Shown piece after piece: positions 41,159-41,726 of a DNA stretch of 41,726 nucleotides. Location: IMG/VR virus record IMGVR_UViG_3300027911_000028. The stretch is one strand, 5' to 3'. Position 1 is the first letter of the stretch. Every line of letters starts with the position of its first letter. The DNA comes from a virus. Position numbers and translations under genes: made by a program. Below the pieces are notes generated by a model. The model was not told the origin of the DNA, did no database searches, and was given only the letters and a program-made list of their open reading frames with translations.

Positions 41159-41439
41159 AGAAACACACACCTGGCCCGTGGCACCTTCAGGATAACGATG
41201 GTGCGCATGTTTGTATCCGCGGCCTACCATCTAGCGGTTTCAATGGCCAAATGGTGGCAAAAGTTTGGCTTCAGGATTCAGATTTTAACGACTACAATGC
41301 TCGGCTCATTGCTATGGCACCGGACATGCTCTCAATGTTAGAGGCCTTGTCTTTATCGATGGTCATTGACCAGAACTTTGATAAACATCAGTGGCAGACC
41401 CTCATTCGAAATTTAATCAATAGAGCAAAGGGAGAGTGA
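41155..41439 (+). CDS. Conserved phage hypothetical protein, 94 aa
   Basis: TPGPW near the N-terminus and NARLIAMAPDMLSMLEAL, a pattern common in small phage proteins of unknown function. Confidence 0.6.
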   Translation: MKKHTPGPWHLQDNDGAHVCIRGLPSSGFNGQMVAKVWLQDSDFNDYNARLIAMAPDMLSMLEALSLSMVIDQNFDKHQWQTLIRNLINRAKGE

Positions 41440-41440
41440 A

Positions 41441-41647
41441 ATGAAAGTTCGAAAAGCGAAATCAAATGAGAGAGGTGAATTCATAGCTGATGGTCGTTCC
41501 TACATCGTGGACGCCGCTGGTTCAATCTTTGAGTTGTCTGAATCAAAGTCAGCTTATATTCACATCGGAAAGACGAATGGCAGAACCGCAAAACAAGCGA
41601 TCAAAGACATTCTCGAATCAGAAGAAGACGAAGAGGTTTGTGAATGA
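41441..41647 (+). CDS. Hypothetical protein, 68 aa
   Basis: ORF with an acidic tail (ESEEDEEVCE). Its stop overlaps the ATG of the junction-spanning gene. Confidence 0.55.
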   Translation: MKVRKAKSNERGEFIADGRSYIVDAAGSIFELSESKSAYIHIGKTNGRTAKQAIKDILESEEDEEVCE

Positions 41648-41726
41648 AATGGATTCATGAGGATCAAAAAGACAGCAAGCCTATAGTAGGCGCCCGGATC
41701 GAGCCGATGGTTCCTGGGCCATACCT
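41628..41726. repeat. Direct terminal repeat copy B, identical to 1-99
   Basis: See copy A. It contains the 5' end (41644 onward) of the gene annotated at 17-280. Confidence 0.95.

Larger units (their letters stand above)
1..41627. mobile_element. Complete circular dsDNA tailed-phage genome with a contractile-tail gene set; unit length 41,627 bp
   Basis: Exact 99-bp end overlap. Full packaging, head, neck, sheath/tube, baseplate, fibre, lysis, recombination and replication gene sets. No integrase, transposase or host genes seen. Confidence 0.85.

Noticed and set aside
1-41726. tRNA, rRNA or other structured RNA genes
   Set aside because: Intergenic space is minimal. I found no cloverleaf-compatible sequence such as a GTTCGAATC-type T-arm outside coding regions. 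A tRNAscan/Infernal run would be needed to be certain.

Overview
The window is a complete, circularly closed tailed-phage genome. The unit length is 41,627 bp, and bases 1-99 recur exactly at 41628-41726. I see no host flanks, integrase, transposase, tRNA, rRNA or CRISPR array. About 70 tightly packed genes, many with ATGA, GTGA, TTGA or TGATG start/stop overlaps, fall into four blocks. (1) A long minus-strand block starts at 37937. It runs through a replication initiator with an internal ori-like repeat, a loader-like protein, a Bro-N antirepressor, an SMC-like ATPase, an AT-rich islet of tiny ORFs, a RecE-like exonuclease with RecT, RusA and a CsrA-like protein. It continues through terS and terL, a DUF1073-type portal, MuF, a DUF2213-type scaffold and a DUF2184-type capsid. 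It then runs through neck genes, a DUF3383-type sheath, a DUF3277-type tube, chaperones with a -1 frameshift, tape measure, baseplate and two paralogous fibres. It ends in a six-gene lysis/envelope cassette at 1779. (2) A lone plus-strand XRE-type regulator (38222-38482) is divergent from that block. (3) A minus-strand ParB-like plus DNA methyltransferase pair lies at 40221-38469. (4) A plus-strand accessory operon runs from 40331 across the circular junction to 1782. It encodes a very acidic first protein, a DUF3846-like protein, small unknowns, a lipoprotein with a beta-propeller glycosidase-like pattern, an RHH protein and an HNH nuclease. The most interesting items are listed here. A CsrA-like RNA-binding protein gene is overprinted on the RusA 3' end directly before terS. 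Non-core cargo genes sit inside the head module: a LamG/repeat/Ig-like protein, and a secreted protein plus a 53-aa ORF at the MuF/scaffold junction. The lysis cassette is atypical, with two muralytic enzymes, two lipoproteins and no canonical spanin pair. A run of phased TGTNN pentamers lies inside the replication initiator gene. Two tiny transmembrane paralogs sit in tandem in a strongly AT-rich islet, one broken at a T7 run. All family assignments are motif-level readings of the translations and need HMM or structure confirmation.
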